In this document: piece by piece, positions 43,112 through 53,723 of the stretch
How the letters are laid out: each line of letters starts with the position of its first letter
How positions within the stretch are numbered: the first letter of the stretch is position 1
Assembly (NCBI GenBank): GCA_963823555.1
Contig: CAWGMA010000001.1
Coordinates: 928,001-992,000, forward strand
DNA from: Candidatus Eiseniibacteriota bacterium
GTDB lineage: Bacteria; Eisenbacteria; RBG-16-71-46; CAVPCR01
Reading direction: 5' to 3'
DNA length: 64,000 nt
Notes under the pieces: generated by a model
Database searches by the model: none
The model's input: the letters and a program-made list of their open reading frames with translations, nothing else
What the model was told of the DNA's origin: nothing
Made by a program: the position numbers and the translations under genes

Positions 43112-45821
43112 ATGCGCGCTCGCGTCAACAGATGGCTCCCCCCGGCCGGACTGGCTCTCCTGGGTACCCTCTTCTTGCTGGTGCTTCCATGCACCTCGAG
43201 CCTGGCTCAAGGCGTCGGGGAGATCTCCGGGAAGGTGAGCGATGCCCGGAATGGGGAACCCCTGCCTTACGCCAACGTCGTCATCCTCGGCACCCAGATG
43301 GGTGCCATCTCGGGCGATGACGGCACATTCGTCATTCGCAACGTGCCTCCCGGAACCTACGAGCTCCAGGCCTCCTACATCGGCTACACGAGCATGGCCA
43401 AGTCCGGCATCGCCGTGGCTGCCGACGGCAAGGCCGCGGCCGACTTCCAGCTCCGCGACGAGGCCTTCCGGGAGCAGGAGATCGTCGTCGAGGCCAAGGC
43501 CGCGATGGTCTCCAAGGAGCGTGCCGACACGCACCACAACGTGACCAGGGAGACGCTGCGCCAGCTGCCGGTGGATGACGTCAACGAGGCGATCGCGCTC
43601 AAGGCGGGTGTCGTCTCGCAAGGTGGCGAGCTGCACTTCCGTGGCGGTCGTGGGGGAGAGGTCGCCTTCTACGTCGACGGCGTCCCGGTCCGCGATCCCC
43701 TTGGGGCAGACCGGCGTCGATATCGGGACCGCCGCTCTCCAGTCGAGCGAGGTCATCACCGGTGGGTTCGAGGCCGAGTACGGCAATGCCCAGTCCGGCG
43801 TCGTCAATCTCGAGACCCGCGAAGGGACCGAGGACTTCGGGGGCGAGTTCCGCTTCTATACCGACGACTATGGAGCTCCCGACCGCACGTTCAACAACTT
43901 CGATCGCGTCAGCCTCGGCTTCGGCGGCCCGACGCCGGTGCGGGGACTCACCTACTTCCTGTCCTATGAGGGCACGTTCGAGGATACGTACCTGAAGACG
44001 TCGGAGGATCGCAACCGCTACATCTTCATGGACTTCGTCTCGCTTGGCGATCGTCAGTACAACGACGTCAAGCTGCAGGGCAAGCTCGCCTACAAGATCA
44101 CTCCCAACGTCAAGCTCACCGGTGAATACCTGAACTCGAGTACGCGTTCCGACGCTTACATCCACCGCTGGAGCCGTGCCGGCTATGTCGAGACCCGGCA
44201 GTCAGTGGACTCCCAGGGCCGCGAGTTCACCGAGTACGGGCGCTTCAGCCTCTATCGTGAGAACGAGAACTTCGTGCCGTACAACGCGCCATCGCAGACT
44301 CCGAACCGCGACGAGGGTTTCGACCAGTACAAGGTCGTGTGGCGGCACAACATCTCCAACGAGACTTTCTACAACCTGCGGCTCTCCCGCGCCGCGTACG
44401 AAACCGATCGCCGGGTGCAGGGCCGGGAGCCGTGGGAGTACCTGCAGCAGCGGCCCTTCTACTGGGTCGACAACATCAACGACGTGTCCGAGACGTACTT
44501 CGTGACCAACGGTGACTACCCTCGCTTCTACACGCGGGATAACAAGGTCTACACGGTCAAGAACGACTGGACCAAGAAGCAGCAGAAGCACTTGATCAAG
44601 TGGGGCGTTCAGGGGATCTACAACGACCTGCTGGTCAACTCGCTGCGCTACCCGAACGAGATCAACGTCCAGGGCACCTACGGTTCGGACAAGACGGCCT
44701 TTCATTACTACAACCCGGAGGGCTCCCTCTACCTGCAGGATCGGTGGGAGCACGAGGGCATGGTGATCAACGCCGGCTTGCGCTACGACGTGTTCTCGGT
44801 CGGTGATCAGATTCCGGCCGGCGAGGTGACCGATCGCGTCAAGACCCAGCTCTCGCCGCGGCTCGGCATCGCCTTCCCGATCTCCGACCGCGACGTGATG
44901 AGCTTCACCTACGGGCGCTACTTCCAGGTGCCGGACCGCATCTTCATCTTCGAGGACCGCGGACCGCTGGCCATCGTCCGTGGCAACCCGGATCTCGATG
45001 CGGAGACCACGATCTCCTATCAGGCCGGTGTTCAGCACGTGTTCTCGCCCACCGTCGTCGGGCAGTTCGCGGTCTACTTCAAGGACATCTTCGGGCTCCT
45101 CACCACGCAGCGCCTGGTAGCGCCCGGCTCGCCCGACCTGGTGGCGACCTATGTGAACCAGGACTACGCTTCGTCGCGTGGCTTCGAAATCTCGATGACC
45201 AAGCGCTTCAGCCACAACTTCTCGGCCAACTTCGACTACACGTTCGGTATCGCAACCGGCGTGGCCTCGGATGAGGAGGAGACGCTCCGCAACTCGGACG
45301 AGCTCCTCTACCTTCCGATCTCGGAGCAAGCGCTCGACTGGGATCAGCGGCACACGATCAGCGGGACCATGTACATCTCCGATCCGGGCAACTGGTCGAC
45401 CAGCTTCGTCTGGCGCTACGGCTCGGGCTTCCCCTACACCCCGCGTAGCCGCTATCAGAAGGAGCTCGACCCGAAGGACACCAACACCGGCCGGCTGCCG
45501 TCCACGTCGACCCTCGACGTCCAGGCCGACAAGTTCTTCCGGATCTGGGGACAGAACTTCACGTTCTTCCTCCAGGCGCGAAATCTCCTCGACGCGGCGA
45601 ACATCACCGATCTCGAGCCGGACAACTGGCCTCCCGGTTTGACCTCGAGCGAGGATCTCATCGACTACTCGGCTTACTACACCGAGACGCAGCTCGCGGG
45701 TGGTGCTTACCTCGGCGACGATCTGGATGGGGATGGGCTCTCCGACTGGGTGCCGCTGGGGGATCCGCGGGTCTTCGGTGAGCCGCGAGTCATGCGAATC
45801 GGCGTGGGAGTGACTTTCTGA
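43112..45821 (+). CDS. TonB-dependent receptor with N-terminal carboxypeptidase-regulatory-like domain (frameshift near 43697-43706)
   Basis: ISGKVSDARNGEPLPYANVVI, plug HFRGGRGGEVAFYVDGVPVRDP joined to ITGGFEAEYGNAQSGVVN, LSPRLGIAFPI, GNPDL; C-terminal Phe. Confidence 0.9.
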
Positions 45822-48688
45822 TGAATCAGATCCCGATGGCGACCCGGAAGCCATGGACCGGGCGGGGGGCCTCCGGAATCGTTCTCGCGGCTGCGCTCAT
45901 CGCGGGCGCCGTCTCGGGACTGGTCATGGATGCAGGGGCCTATTCCGACCAGGTCAAGGCCCCGGGATTCGACGGCCGGTACTACCCGGGGCTCGACGAG
46001 TACACCGGAGGGCGTGATCCGGAAGGAATCTTCGAGCGGAGCTGCACCTTCATCCACTCGGCCGGAAATCTCCTCCTCCACATGTCGAACGGGGGGTTCG
46101 TCGGCGACTTCTTCGGGCGCTTCTGCTCGCGTCCGTCGTGCGAGTGGCCTCCCGGATCGAACGACGAGTACCTGTTCATGGCCGGCCTCTGGGTGGGCGC
46201 CGTGGATGCCGACGGCAACCCGCACGTCTCCACCGGGGCCTATGAGACCGAGTTCCTGCCCGATTTCGAGGACCTTCGCGACCGTATCTACGTCAGCTAC
46301 GAAGGGGAGCGGGGTGGGGCGCGCTACTCGAGCTCGGGCAACGCAACCTCGGCCGACGATGACCGGGATGCCACCGACATCAACGACCAGCGTCACATCA
46401 ACGAGGACTTCCGCAACGGCAAGGACGACGATGGTGACGGCCTGATCGACGAGGACTTCGAGGCTATCTCCCAGCAGATGTTCTCCGCCGAGTACACCGA
46501 CTACGGCGAGGTCTCGACCCAGTTCTTCAACGAGCACGTGCCGCTCTTCCTCCGGGTCCAGCAGCGGAGCTTCTCCTGGTCCTCGGGCGGCGCCGAGAAC
46601 ATGATCGGTATCGACTACAAGATCTGGAACGATGGTGGTCGGTCGCTCAGGGACATCTACCTCGGCTTCTTCGTCGACTCGGACGTCGGCCCTGCCGACT
46701 CGGACGAGTACCCGAACATGTATCTCGACGACCTGGTCGGGTTCGCCGAGATCGACACCACGATCATCGATCTCCGGCCGTCCACTCCGGCGAACTGCCG
46801 GCGGACCCAGGTCAAGATTCAGGCGGGCTACATGCGGGATCTTCCCGACGCCACGCACTCGATCACCGACACCGGAGACGTCCCGGGCTGGTTCGGCGGG
46901 CTCTTCCTGGGGCACTCCACCGACCCGGCGGGCATCGTGGCTCCGCCCGATGTCGGCATCCGCACCTTCGTCTGGTTTGCCCAGGGTGGCGCCATTCGTG
47001 ACCCCGAGAACGACTTCGAGCGCTACGAGCTCCTCTCGCGCAACTCCCGCACCGAGGAGGGGCGCTTCATCCAGGAGACACCGGCCGATCCGCGCGATTA
47101 TCGCTACGTGCTCGCGGTCGGGCCGTTCTCGGAGCTCCTGCCCGATACCTTCCTCACCTTCCAGGTCGCCTTCGTCATCGGCGACGGCTTCGAAGGGCCC
47201 AATGGGCTCAAGGCCAACGCCGTCAATGCACAGCGCATCTTCGATGGTGATTTCTTCAACCTCGACGGTGATGCTCTCACCGGCACCCGCGGACGCGAGA
47301 AGTGCGTCTTCTGCGGCGGCGGCGGGCCGCTCTCGACCATCGATGACGACTGCGATCCGACCAATGCCGAGGTCAACTGCGAGCGCTCGGTCTGCACCTG
47401 GATCGACGGCGACTGCGAGAACCCGGCTCACGTCTGCACGGGGGCGGACGGCAAGGAAGCGCGGGTCAACTGGATCGGTGTGTCGCCGCCGCCCGCGCCG
47501 CCCATCGCCGTCTCCACGGCCGGTCGTGTGACCGGGATGGAAGATGCCGACGTCGACTGCCTGGGGGGGCCCATCCCGTATGCCGGTTCCAACGAGATCG
47601 CGATCGCCTGGGACAACCTCGTCGACAAGTCGGTGAACCCGATCACCGGCGAGAAGAACTTCAAGGGCTATCGCGTGTGGAAGGCGGCCAACTGGACGCG
47701 CGAGTCCTCGAGCGTGCCGACCGAGAGCTTCCAGCTCCTGGGCGACTTCTCGGAGGTCGCCGACTCGAGCTGCACCAGACTCACGGCCCTCAAGCCCGAC
47801 GCCACGGGGCCGCCCTTCGACAACAACGACTACGTGACCTGGGACTTCTGTCTCTCGAGCCACGAGGCGTTCGAGACCTATCTGAACGGGCTCGTCCGCC
47901 CCGAGGACAGCCCGTGTCCGATCTCGGTCATCGAGACCCGGAAGCAGAACGACCCCTTCTTCACCATGGGCGGATCACGGCCGGACCTGGTGGTGGATTC
48001 GGCTCTTGTCTTTTCGAAGGACATCGGGTCCTGTCCGCTGGGCTACCTGATCGATCGCTCCGGCGGCTATCAGCCCATCGACGCCACGACCTGCCGCGAC
48101 CGGTTCTTGCAGGTGGCGCAGCCGCAGGACATCGGCGGCGCGATGTACTACGTGCAACAGGACTCGCTCATCGGTACCGTATGTGACACGCTCTGGTGCA
48201 AGGGCTTCTACCAGTTCACCGACCGCAACGTGCTGCCGGGATACCCCTACTTCTACGTGGTGACCGCCTACTCGGAGACCGTCGAGGAGGTGCAGGGGGA
48301 GCAGCAGGTGGTCGAGCTCCACACCCGGCCCGCCTCGAGCGAGGAGTCCGCGGTGTTCCCGGCCTCGTCCGCCGCTGGAGACGCGGGCCGTGTCACAGTC
48401 GTTCCGAACCCCTATCTGGGTGGGGCCGGTTGGGATCTCAAGCCCAATCCGACCGATCCGACGGGGACCAAGATCGCGTTCAATCACCTGCCGCCGAGTT
48501 CGACGGTGCGGATCTTCACGCTGGCCGGCGACCTAGTGGAGATCCTCACGCCCGAGGGCCAGGAGGGCGGGACAAGCTACTGGGATCTCATCAGCCGCAA
48601 TGGGCAGGATGTCGTGTCGGGGATCTACCTCTACTCGGTGGAGTCTCCGTCAGGCAGCACGATCGGCAAGATGGTGGTGGTGCGGTGA
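45821..48688 (+). CDS. Large secreted Cys/Asp-rich protein with T9SS-CTD/FlgD-like C-terminal domain
   Basis: Signal peptide; CEWPPGSNDEYLFMAGLWVGA; NGKDDDGDGLIDED; FN3-like WDN...FKGYRVWK...YFYVVTAY; C-terminus VVPNPY...VRIFTLAGDLV...WDLISRNGQDVVSGIYLY...GKMVVVR. Confidence 0.85.
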   Translation: MNQIPMATRKPWTGRGASGIVLAAALIAGAVSGLVMDAGAYSDQVKAPGFDGRYYPGLDEYTGGRDPEGIFERSCTFIHSAGNLLLHMSNGGFVGDFFGRFCSRPSCEWPPGSNDEYLFMAGLWVGAVDADGNPHVSTGAYETEFLPDFEDLRDRIYVSYEGERGGARYSSSGNATSADDDRDATDINDQRHINEDFRNGKDDDGDGLIDEDFEAISQQMFSAEYTDYGEVSTQFFNEHVPLFLRVQQRSFSWSSGGAENMIGIDYKIWNDGGRSLRDIYLGFFVDSDVGPADSDEYPNMYLDDLVGFAEIDTTIIDLRPSTPANCRRTQVKIQAGYMRDLPDATHSITDTGDVPGWFGGLFLGHSTDPAGIVAPPDVGIRTFVWFAQGGAIRDPENDFERYELLSRNSRTEEGRFIQETPADPRDYRYVLAVGPFSELLPDTFLTFQVAFVIGDGFEGPNGLKANAVNAQRIFDGDFFNLDGDALTGTRGREKCVFCGGGGPLSTIDDDCDPTNAEVNCERSVCTWIDGDCENPAHVCTGADGKEARVNWIGVSPPPAPPIAVSTAGRVTGMEDADVDCLGGPIPYAGSNEIAIAWDNLVDKSVNPITGEKNFKGYRVWKAANWTRESSSVPTESFQLLGDFSEVADSSCTRLTALKPDATGPPFDNNDYVTWDFCLSSHEAFETYLNGLVRPEDSPCPISVIETRKQNDPFFTMGGSRPDLVVDSALVFSKDIGSCPLGYLIDRSGGYQPIDATTCRDRFLQVAQPQDIGGAMYYVQQDSLIGTVCDTLWCKGFYQFTDRNVLPGYPYFYVVTAYSETVEEVQGEQQVVELHTRPASSEESAVFPASSAAGDAGRVTVVPNPYLGGAGWDLKPNPTDPTGTKIAFNHLPPSSTVRIFTLAGDLVEILTPEGQEGGTSYWDLISRNGQDVVSGIYLYSVESPSGSTIGKMVVVR

Positions 48689-48776
48689 TGGGCACGCGGA
48701 CCTGGCAGGAAGCCCGCCCGGCGGTGCCGGCCGCGGCATGCCGCAGAGGCGGTAGAGGAATCACGGAGGTGGCGTC

Positions 48777-49712
48777 GTGAAGCGTATTAGCCTGCTGACC
48801 CTTGTCCTCGTGCTCGCGGCCTCGCAGGCAGGAGCCACGGAGATCTTCGAGAAGGTGGGCACCATCGGGGGTCAGTTCCTGAAGATCGGGATCGGCGCGC
48901 GGGCCACGGCCATGGGCGAGGCCTTTACCTCCATTGCCGATGACGCGTCGGCCGTCTACTGGAACCCGGCCGGGATCGCGCGTTTGCAGGGGAACACCCT
49001 GAGCTTCAGCCATGCCGCCTGGCCGGCGGAACTCGACCTGAACCAGGGTGCCTACATCTTCTCCGTCGGATTCATCCCCGGCATGCTCGCCGTGCATGCC
49101 CGGGCCCTTTCGATGTCCCCGTTGCTGCGTACCGATACCACCCACCCCGATGGGGACGGCACCTACTTCGATGCCGGCGACTTCGCCTTCGGTGTATCGT
49201 ACGGGCGATCGTTCACCGACAAGTTCTCGGCGGGAATCACCGCCAACTTCGTCCAGGAGACGCTGGCCGACTACGATGCATCCACGGCCACCTTCGATTT
49301 CGGGGTGCTCTACGACACCGGCTATCGTTCCTTGCGCATCGGGATGTCCATCGCCAACATCGGCGCCGAGATGCAGTTCATCGAAGATTCGGTGAAGATG
49401 CCGATCATCTTCCGTCTTGGCAGCTCGATCATGCTCTACCAGCAGGGGGCCCATAATTTCCTGACCGCCGTCGAGTTCTCGCATCCGCCCGACAATGCCG
49501 AGCGCGGCAACTGGGGCGGCGAATACGCGTTCAAGGACTTCTTGTTCCTGCGTGGGGGATACAAGTTCAACTACGATTCGGAAGGCCTGACGGCCGGAGC
49601 CGGCGTCAAGTTCCCGGCTTCCTCCGCGGCCACGGCGAAGGTCGACTACGCGTTCAACGATTTCGAGACGCTGGGCAGCGTTCATCGTTTCTCGGTCGAG
49701 CTGGCGTTCTAG
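48777..49712 (+). CDS. PorV/PorQ family outer-membrane protein
   Basis: GTIGGQFLKIGIGARATAMGEAFTSIADDASAVYWNPAG; FDFGVLY, LRGGY; ends HRFSVELAF. Confidence 0.9.
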   Translation: MKRISLLTLVLVLAASQAGATEIFEKVGTIGGQFLKIGIGARATAMGEAFTSIADDASAVYWNPAGIARLQGNTLSFSHAAWPAELDLNQGAYIFSVGFIPGMLAVHARALSMSPLLRTDTTHPDGDGTYFDAGDFAFGVSYGRSFTDKFSAGITANFVQETLADYDASTATFDFGVLYDTGYRSLRIGMSIANIGAEMQFIEDSVKMPIIFRLGSSIMLYQQGAHNFLTAVEFSHPPDNAERGNWGGEYAFKDFLFLRGGYKFNYDSEGLTAGAGVKFPASSAATAKVDYAFNDFETLGSVHRFSVELAF

Positions 49713-49764
49713 AAGGCTCGCCACACCGCTGCCGGCCACTTTTTCTGCTTGCGCCGCCTCGGAG

Positions 49765-49802
49765 GAAGCAGCACGGTCATCCCGTAGCTGCTTCTTCTGT
49801 TT
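49765..49802 (+). terminator. Probable intrinsic terminator after the PorV-family gene
   Basis: Stem GAAGCAGC-ACGG / CCGT-A-GCTGCTTC followed by TTCTGTTT. Confidence 0.55.
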
Positions 49803-49856
49803 GCCTTCGGCTGGCGGCCGATACGGCCCGGGAGAGGGCGCTGGCAAGGAGGGGCC

Positions 49857-51358
49857 ATGCCACTCGCAACCCGCGGTGGGGGGACTCGCTGGGCCAGGGG
49901 GCGAGCTTCCTGTTCGTCCTGGGCGCCGCGCTCGCTGTGGCTGCCCCGGCCCTGGCCTTTCCCCTGCTCGGATCTGGCGACATTCGCTTTCGCTTCGACC
50001 ATGCCGCCTTCCGGTCCGGGACCGGGGGGGCCGAGTCCGAGTTCTACCTGGAGATCGACAACAGCGAGCTCGAGTTCGTTGTTGATAGCGGAGATCTGAT
50101 TGCCGAGGTCGAGCTCAAGGTCGATCTCTTCGCCGAGGGCAAGCGCGTCTTCCGGCGGGAGTACCCGCTCAAGTTCACCGAAGGCCAGGCGGCTCCCGAC
50201 GCCGCGGTCCCCGCCGCCGTGGCCGCCAAGACCCAGGTGCTGCATCTCCGCATCCCGGTGCCGGACGAAACCGATTCCGTGCACGCCGAGGTCGAGGATC
50301 AGAATGCGCGCAAGCGCGGCCTGGTCTACCTCTTCACCAAGACCCGCAAGGCCGGGGAAGCCGGTGGCCGGCTCAACGTGCGCCGCTTCCCCCCCGGGGA
50401 ACTCTCCGTTTCCGACATCCAGTTCGCCTATCCGTTCGGGCGGGAGACAACCGACCAGACCTTCATGAAGTCCGGGATCGATGTCGAGCCGAATCCCGGG
50501 CGCGTCTATGGCGCCGTGGAGCGGATCGTCTCCGCCTATTTCGAGGTGTACGACCTGGCACGCCCGACCGGGGGTGAACGGCGGGACTACGAGATCGCCT
50601 ACGTTGTTCGCGATCAGGCGGGTGAGCCCGTCCGGGACTGGTCGCGGCGGATCATGAGCCAGGCGCCGACCTGGGCTGACACCGTGAGCTTCGATGTCTC
50701 GGGTCTGCGGCCCGGCACGTACTTTCTCGGGGTCTCGGTCAAGGAGGAGATGAGCGGAGGGCGCGCCATCGTCGAATCCTCCTTCGATCTCGTGTGGGCG
50801 GCCGCCGCCTGGACCCGATGGCTCATCGAGACCGAGGCCATCGTCCCGTTCCTCATCGGTGGCGTCGAGCTCGACTCGTTTCTCGCGCTCGGCCCCGGCG
50901 CCAAGGAACGCTACCTCGAGGACTTCTGGGCTGCCCACGATGCGACGCCCGGGCAGGGGAACGCGACCCGCGAGGAGTTCAATCGCCGAGTGGCATGGGC
51001 GAACCGGAACTACTCCACGACACTCGAGCCCGGCATGCGCACCGATCGCGGTCGGATCTACATCAAGTACGGCGAGCCCGACGAACTCCGGCGTGAGGTG
51101 ATTCCCGTTCAGGGCAACGACATCAATGCGGCGCTCGACGAGCTCGATCGTTCCACCAGCGGCGAGCTCACCGGCAACCGGGCCATCGATCCTGAGGACT
51201 CCCGGGCCTTCGAGATCTGGCTCTACGACTATCGCGGCAAGGAGCTGTTCCCGACCAAGGACATGACAACCGGCCTCGGGCTCCAGTTCATCTTCGTGGA
51301 CGATCTTGGCGTCGGCGACTACCGCCTCATCCGCACCAACGACAAGAGCGACTTCTGA
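49857..51358 (+). CDS. GWxTD domain-containing exported protein (GMRTD variant; -1 frameshift in a G-run near 49878-49901)
   Basis: DFWAAHDATPG..N...EEFNRRVAWANRNY...GMRTDRGRIYIKYGEPD...EIWLY...FIFVD...GDY. Adding one G links ATG 49857 (RBS AAGGAGG) to signal peptide ...FLFVLGAALAVAAPALA. Confidence 0.85.
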
Positions 51359-51379
51359 GTCGGCGAGCTCGCCGCGGGG

Positions 51380-51408
51380 TTGACACCCTACCGACCGCGG
51401 CCTACGCT
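51380..51408 (+). promoter_or_regulatory. sigma70-type promoter for pgk-tpiA
   Basis: TTGACA, 17 nt, TACGCT. Confidence 0.65.
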
Positions 51409-51497
51409 CCCGATCGCTTCCTTTCCCCTCCGGCCGACAGTCGCGCCCGCGTGTTTCTGGTGCACGCGCTCGCCAGGCACCAGAGATGGAGATTGCC

Positions 51498-52739
51498 ATG
51501 ACTCATCCGGTGAAGACGGGCCTCGGCAAGCTGAGCGTCCGCGACCTCGACCTGCGCGGACCCGACGGCGCGGGCGGCAAGCGCGTGCTCATGCGGGTCG
51601 ACTTCAACGTGCCGCTCAAGGGCGGGAAGGTCGGGGACGACACCCGAATTCGCGCCACCCTGCCCACGGTCCACCTGCTCAAGGACGCCCGGGCGCGGAT
51701 CGTCCTGATGTCGCACCTCGGCCGGCCGAAGCAGCGGGACCCCGAGAAGTCCCTGGCTCCCGTGGCCGAGCACCTGGCCGGGCTCCTCGCTCAGCCGGTG
51801 GCGTTCGCGCCGGATTGCGTCGGACCGGAGGCCGAGCGGGAGGCGGCTGCGCTCGCGCCCGGGGGCCTCCTCCTGCTCGAGAACCTGCGCTTCCATCCCG
51901 AGGAGGAGGCCAACGATCCCGACTTCGCCCGTGCGCTGGGACGGCTGGGTGAGATCTACGTGGACGACGCCTTCGGTGCGGCACATCGCGCCCACGCTTC
52001 GACCGTGGGCGTGGCGGCAATCTTGCAGCCGGCGGCGGCGGGACTCCTTCTCGCCCGTGAGCTCGAGGTGCTGGGAAAGGTCCTCGAGTCGCCGGCGCGG
52101 CCTTTTGTCGCCATCCTCGGCGGGGCCAAGATCTCGGGCAAGATCGACGTCATCTTGAACCTCCTGCCGCGGGTCGATCGCATGCTGATCGGCGGGGCGA
52201 TGATGTACACGTTCCTCAAGGCCAAGGGGATCCCGGTCGGGCGCTCCCTGGTCGAGGATGACAAGCTCGACCTGGCGCGCGAGATCCTCGGCAAGGCGGG
52301 CGCCAAGCTCATCTTGCCCGTGGACACCCGCGTGGCGCCGGCGGCCGATGGATCGGGGGGCAACGGGTGGGTGGTGCCGGTCGGTCAGATCCCCGAAGGG
52401 GAGATCGGCGTCGATATCGGTGCCGCCACGGTCGCCCGCTTCAAGGAAGCGCTCGCCGATGCCCGCACGGTGCTCTGGAACGGGCCGATGGGGATCTTCG
52501 AGGTCGCATCCTTCGCCGATGGTACGCGCGAGGTGGCGAAGCTCCTGGGCGCTGCCACCGGGCGTGGTGCGACCACCATCGTCGGCGGCGGTGATTCGGT
52601 GGCGGCCATCGAGTCGGCCGGGCTGGCCGGAGAGATCTCGCACATCTCGACCGGAGGGGGAGCGTCGCTCGAGTTTCTCGAAGGCAAGGTCCTTCCCGGC
52701 GTCGCGGCGCTCACGGATGCGGACAAGGGTGTGCGATGA
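51498..52739 (+). CDS. pgk: Phosphoglycerate kinase
   Basis: RVDFNVP, SHLGRP, LLENLRF, AHRAHAS, WNGPMG, STGGGASLEFLEG. Confidence 0.98.
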   Translation: MTHPVKTGLGKLSVRDLDLRGPDGAGGKRVLMRVDFNVPLKGGKVGDDTRIRATLPTVHLLKDARARIVLMSHLGRPKQRDPEKSLAPVAEHLAGLLAQPVAFAPDCVGPEAEREAAALAPGGLLLLENLRFHPEEEANDPDFARALGRLGEIYVDDAFGAAHRAHASTVGVAAILQPAAAGLLLARELEVLGKVLESPARPFVAILGGAKISGKIDVILNLLPRVDRMLIGGAMMYTFLKAKGIPVGRSLVEDDKLDLAREILGKAGAKLILPVDTRVAPAADGSGGNGWVVPVGQIPEGEIGVDIGAATVARFKEALADARTVLWNGPMGIFEVASFADGTREVAKLLGAATGRGATTIVGGGDSVAAIESAGLAGEISHISTGGGASLEFLEGKVLPGVAALTDADKGVR

Positions 52740-53533
52740 GGCGGAAGCTGATCGCCGGAAACTGGAAGATGAACCTCGGTCCCCGGGCCGGAACCGAGCT
52801 CGCGCGCGCGGTGGTGCGCGTGCTGAGTGCCGGATCGGCCACGGATGCCGCATCCTTCAAGCCTCCGCAGGTGGTCCTGATCCCGCCGTTCGTCACGTTG
52901 CCGGCCGTGGCCGAGGCCATTCGCGGCTCAGCGATCGGTCTGGGGGCCCAGGACCTCCACTGGGAGCGGCATGGCGCCTTCACCGGTGAAGTGTCGGGAG
53001 AGATGCTCGTCGAAGTGGGGTGTCGCCACGTGCTCGTCGGCCACTCCGAGCGCCGCCACCTTTTCGACGAGACCGACGAGGTCGTCGCGCGCAAGGCACG
53101 CGCCGCACTCGGCATCGGGCTTTCTCCTCTCATCTGCGTCGGGGAGACCCTGGCTGAACGGGAGGCGGGGCAGACGGCGGAGGTGATCGAGCGCCAGATC
53201 CGGGCCGTGTTCGATGGGCTCGATGGCAAGCAGGCCATGGGCACCACCGTGGCGTATGAGCCGGTGTGGGCGATCGGCACCGGGAAGAACGCCACCCCGG
53301 ACCAGGCGGTCGAGGTGCATGTCCAGATCCGGCAACTCCTGTCCGGGTTCGTCGGGACAGGGGAAGCGGAAGCGCTGCGAATCCTCTATGGCGGGAGCGT
53401 CAACCCGCAGAACGCCGCCGGACTCCTCGGGAAGAAGGAGATCGACGGGGCGCTGGTCGGGGGGGCGAGCCTCAAGGCCGAGGAGTTCGGGCGGTTGATC
53501 CAGCTCGGAGCGGAGGTCCCACCCACCCGATGA
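52736..53533 (+). CDS. tpiA: Triose-phosphate isomerase
   Basis: AGNWKMN, GHSERR, AYEPVWAIGTG, YGGSV, LVGGASL. Confidence 0.98.
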   Translation: MRRKLIAGNWKMNLGPRAGTELARAVVRVLSAGSATDAASFKPPQVVLIPPFVTLPAVAEAIRGSAIGLGAQDLHWERHGAFTGEVSGEMLVEVGCRHVLVGHSERRHLFDETDEVVARKARAALGIGLSPLICVGETLAEREAGQTAEVIERQIRAVFDGLDGKQAMGTTVAYEPVWAIGTGKNATPDQAVEVHVQIRQLLSGFVGTGEAEALRILYGGSVNPQNAAGLLGKKEIDGALVGGASLKAEEFGRLIQLGAEVPPTR

Positions 53534-53723
53534 GGACCTGGCCCTCCTGGGCCCCCGGGCTGGAAGGGGGTGGTGGAGAGGGGTTTGCCGGGAGGGGACG
53601 CTGGCTTGAGAGGGGGCGGTTCAGTCCGGGGTTGAGGCGACCCGTAGCCCTGTGCTACCTTTTTCCGGCTCGATTCCAGCAAAGCTCCCACGCCGCCACG
53701 TTTCGCCGGAGAGTGTTCGTCTG

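Noticed and set aside
43695..43710. Phase variation of the TonB-dependent receptor
   Set aside because: Runs are only C4/G4, short for slipped-strand switching, and similar indels hit housekeeping genes here; needs reads to exclude fully.
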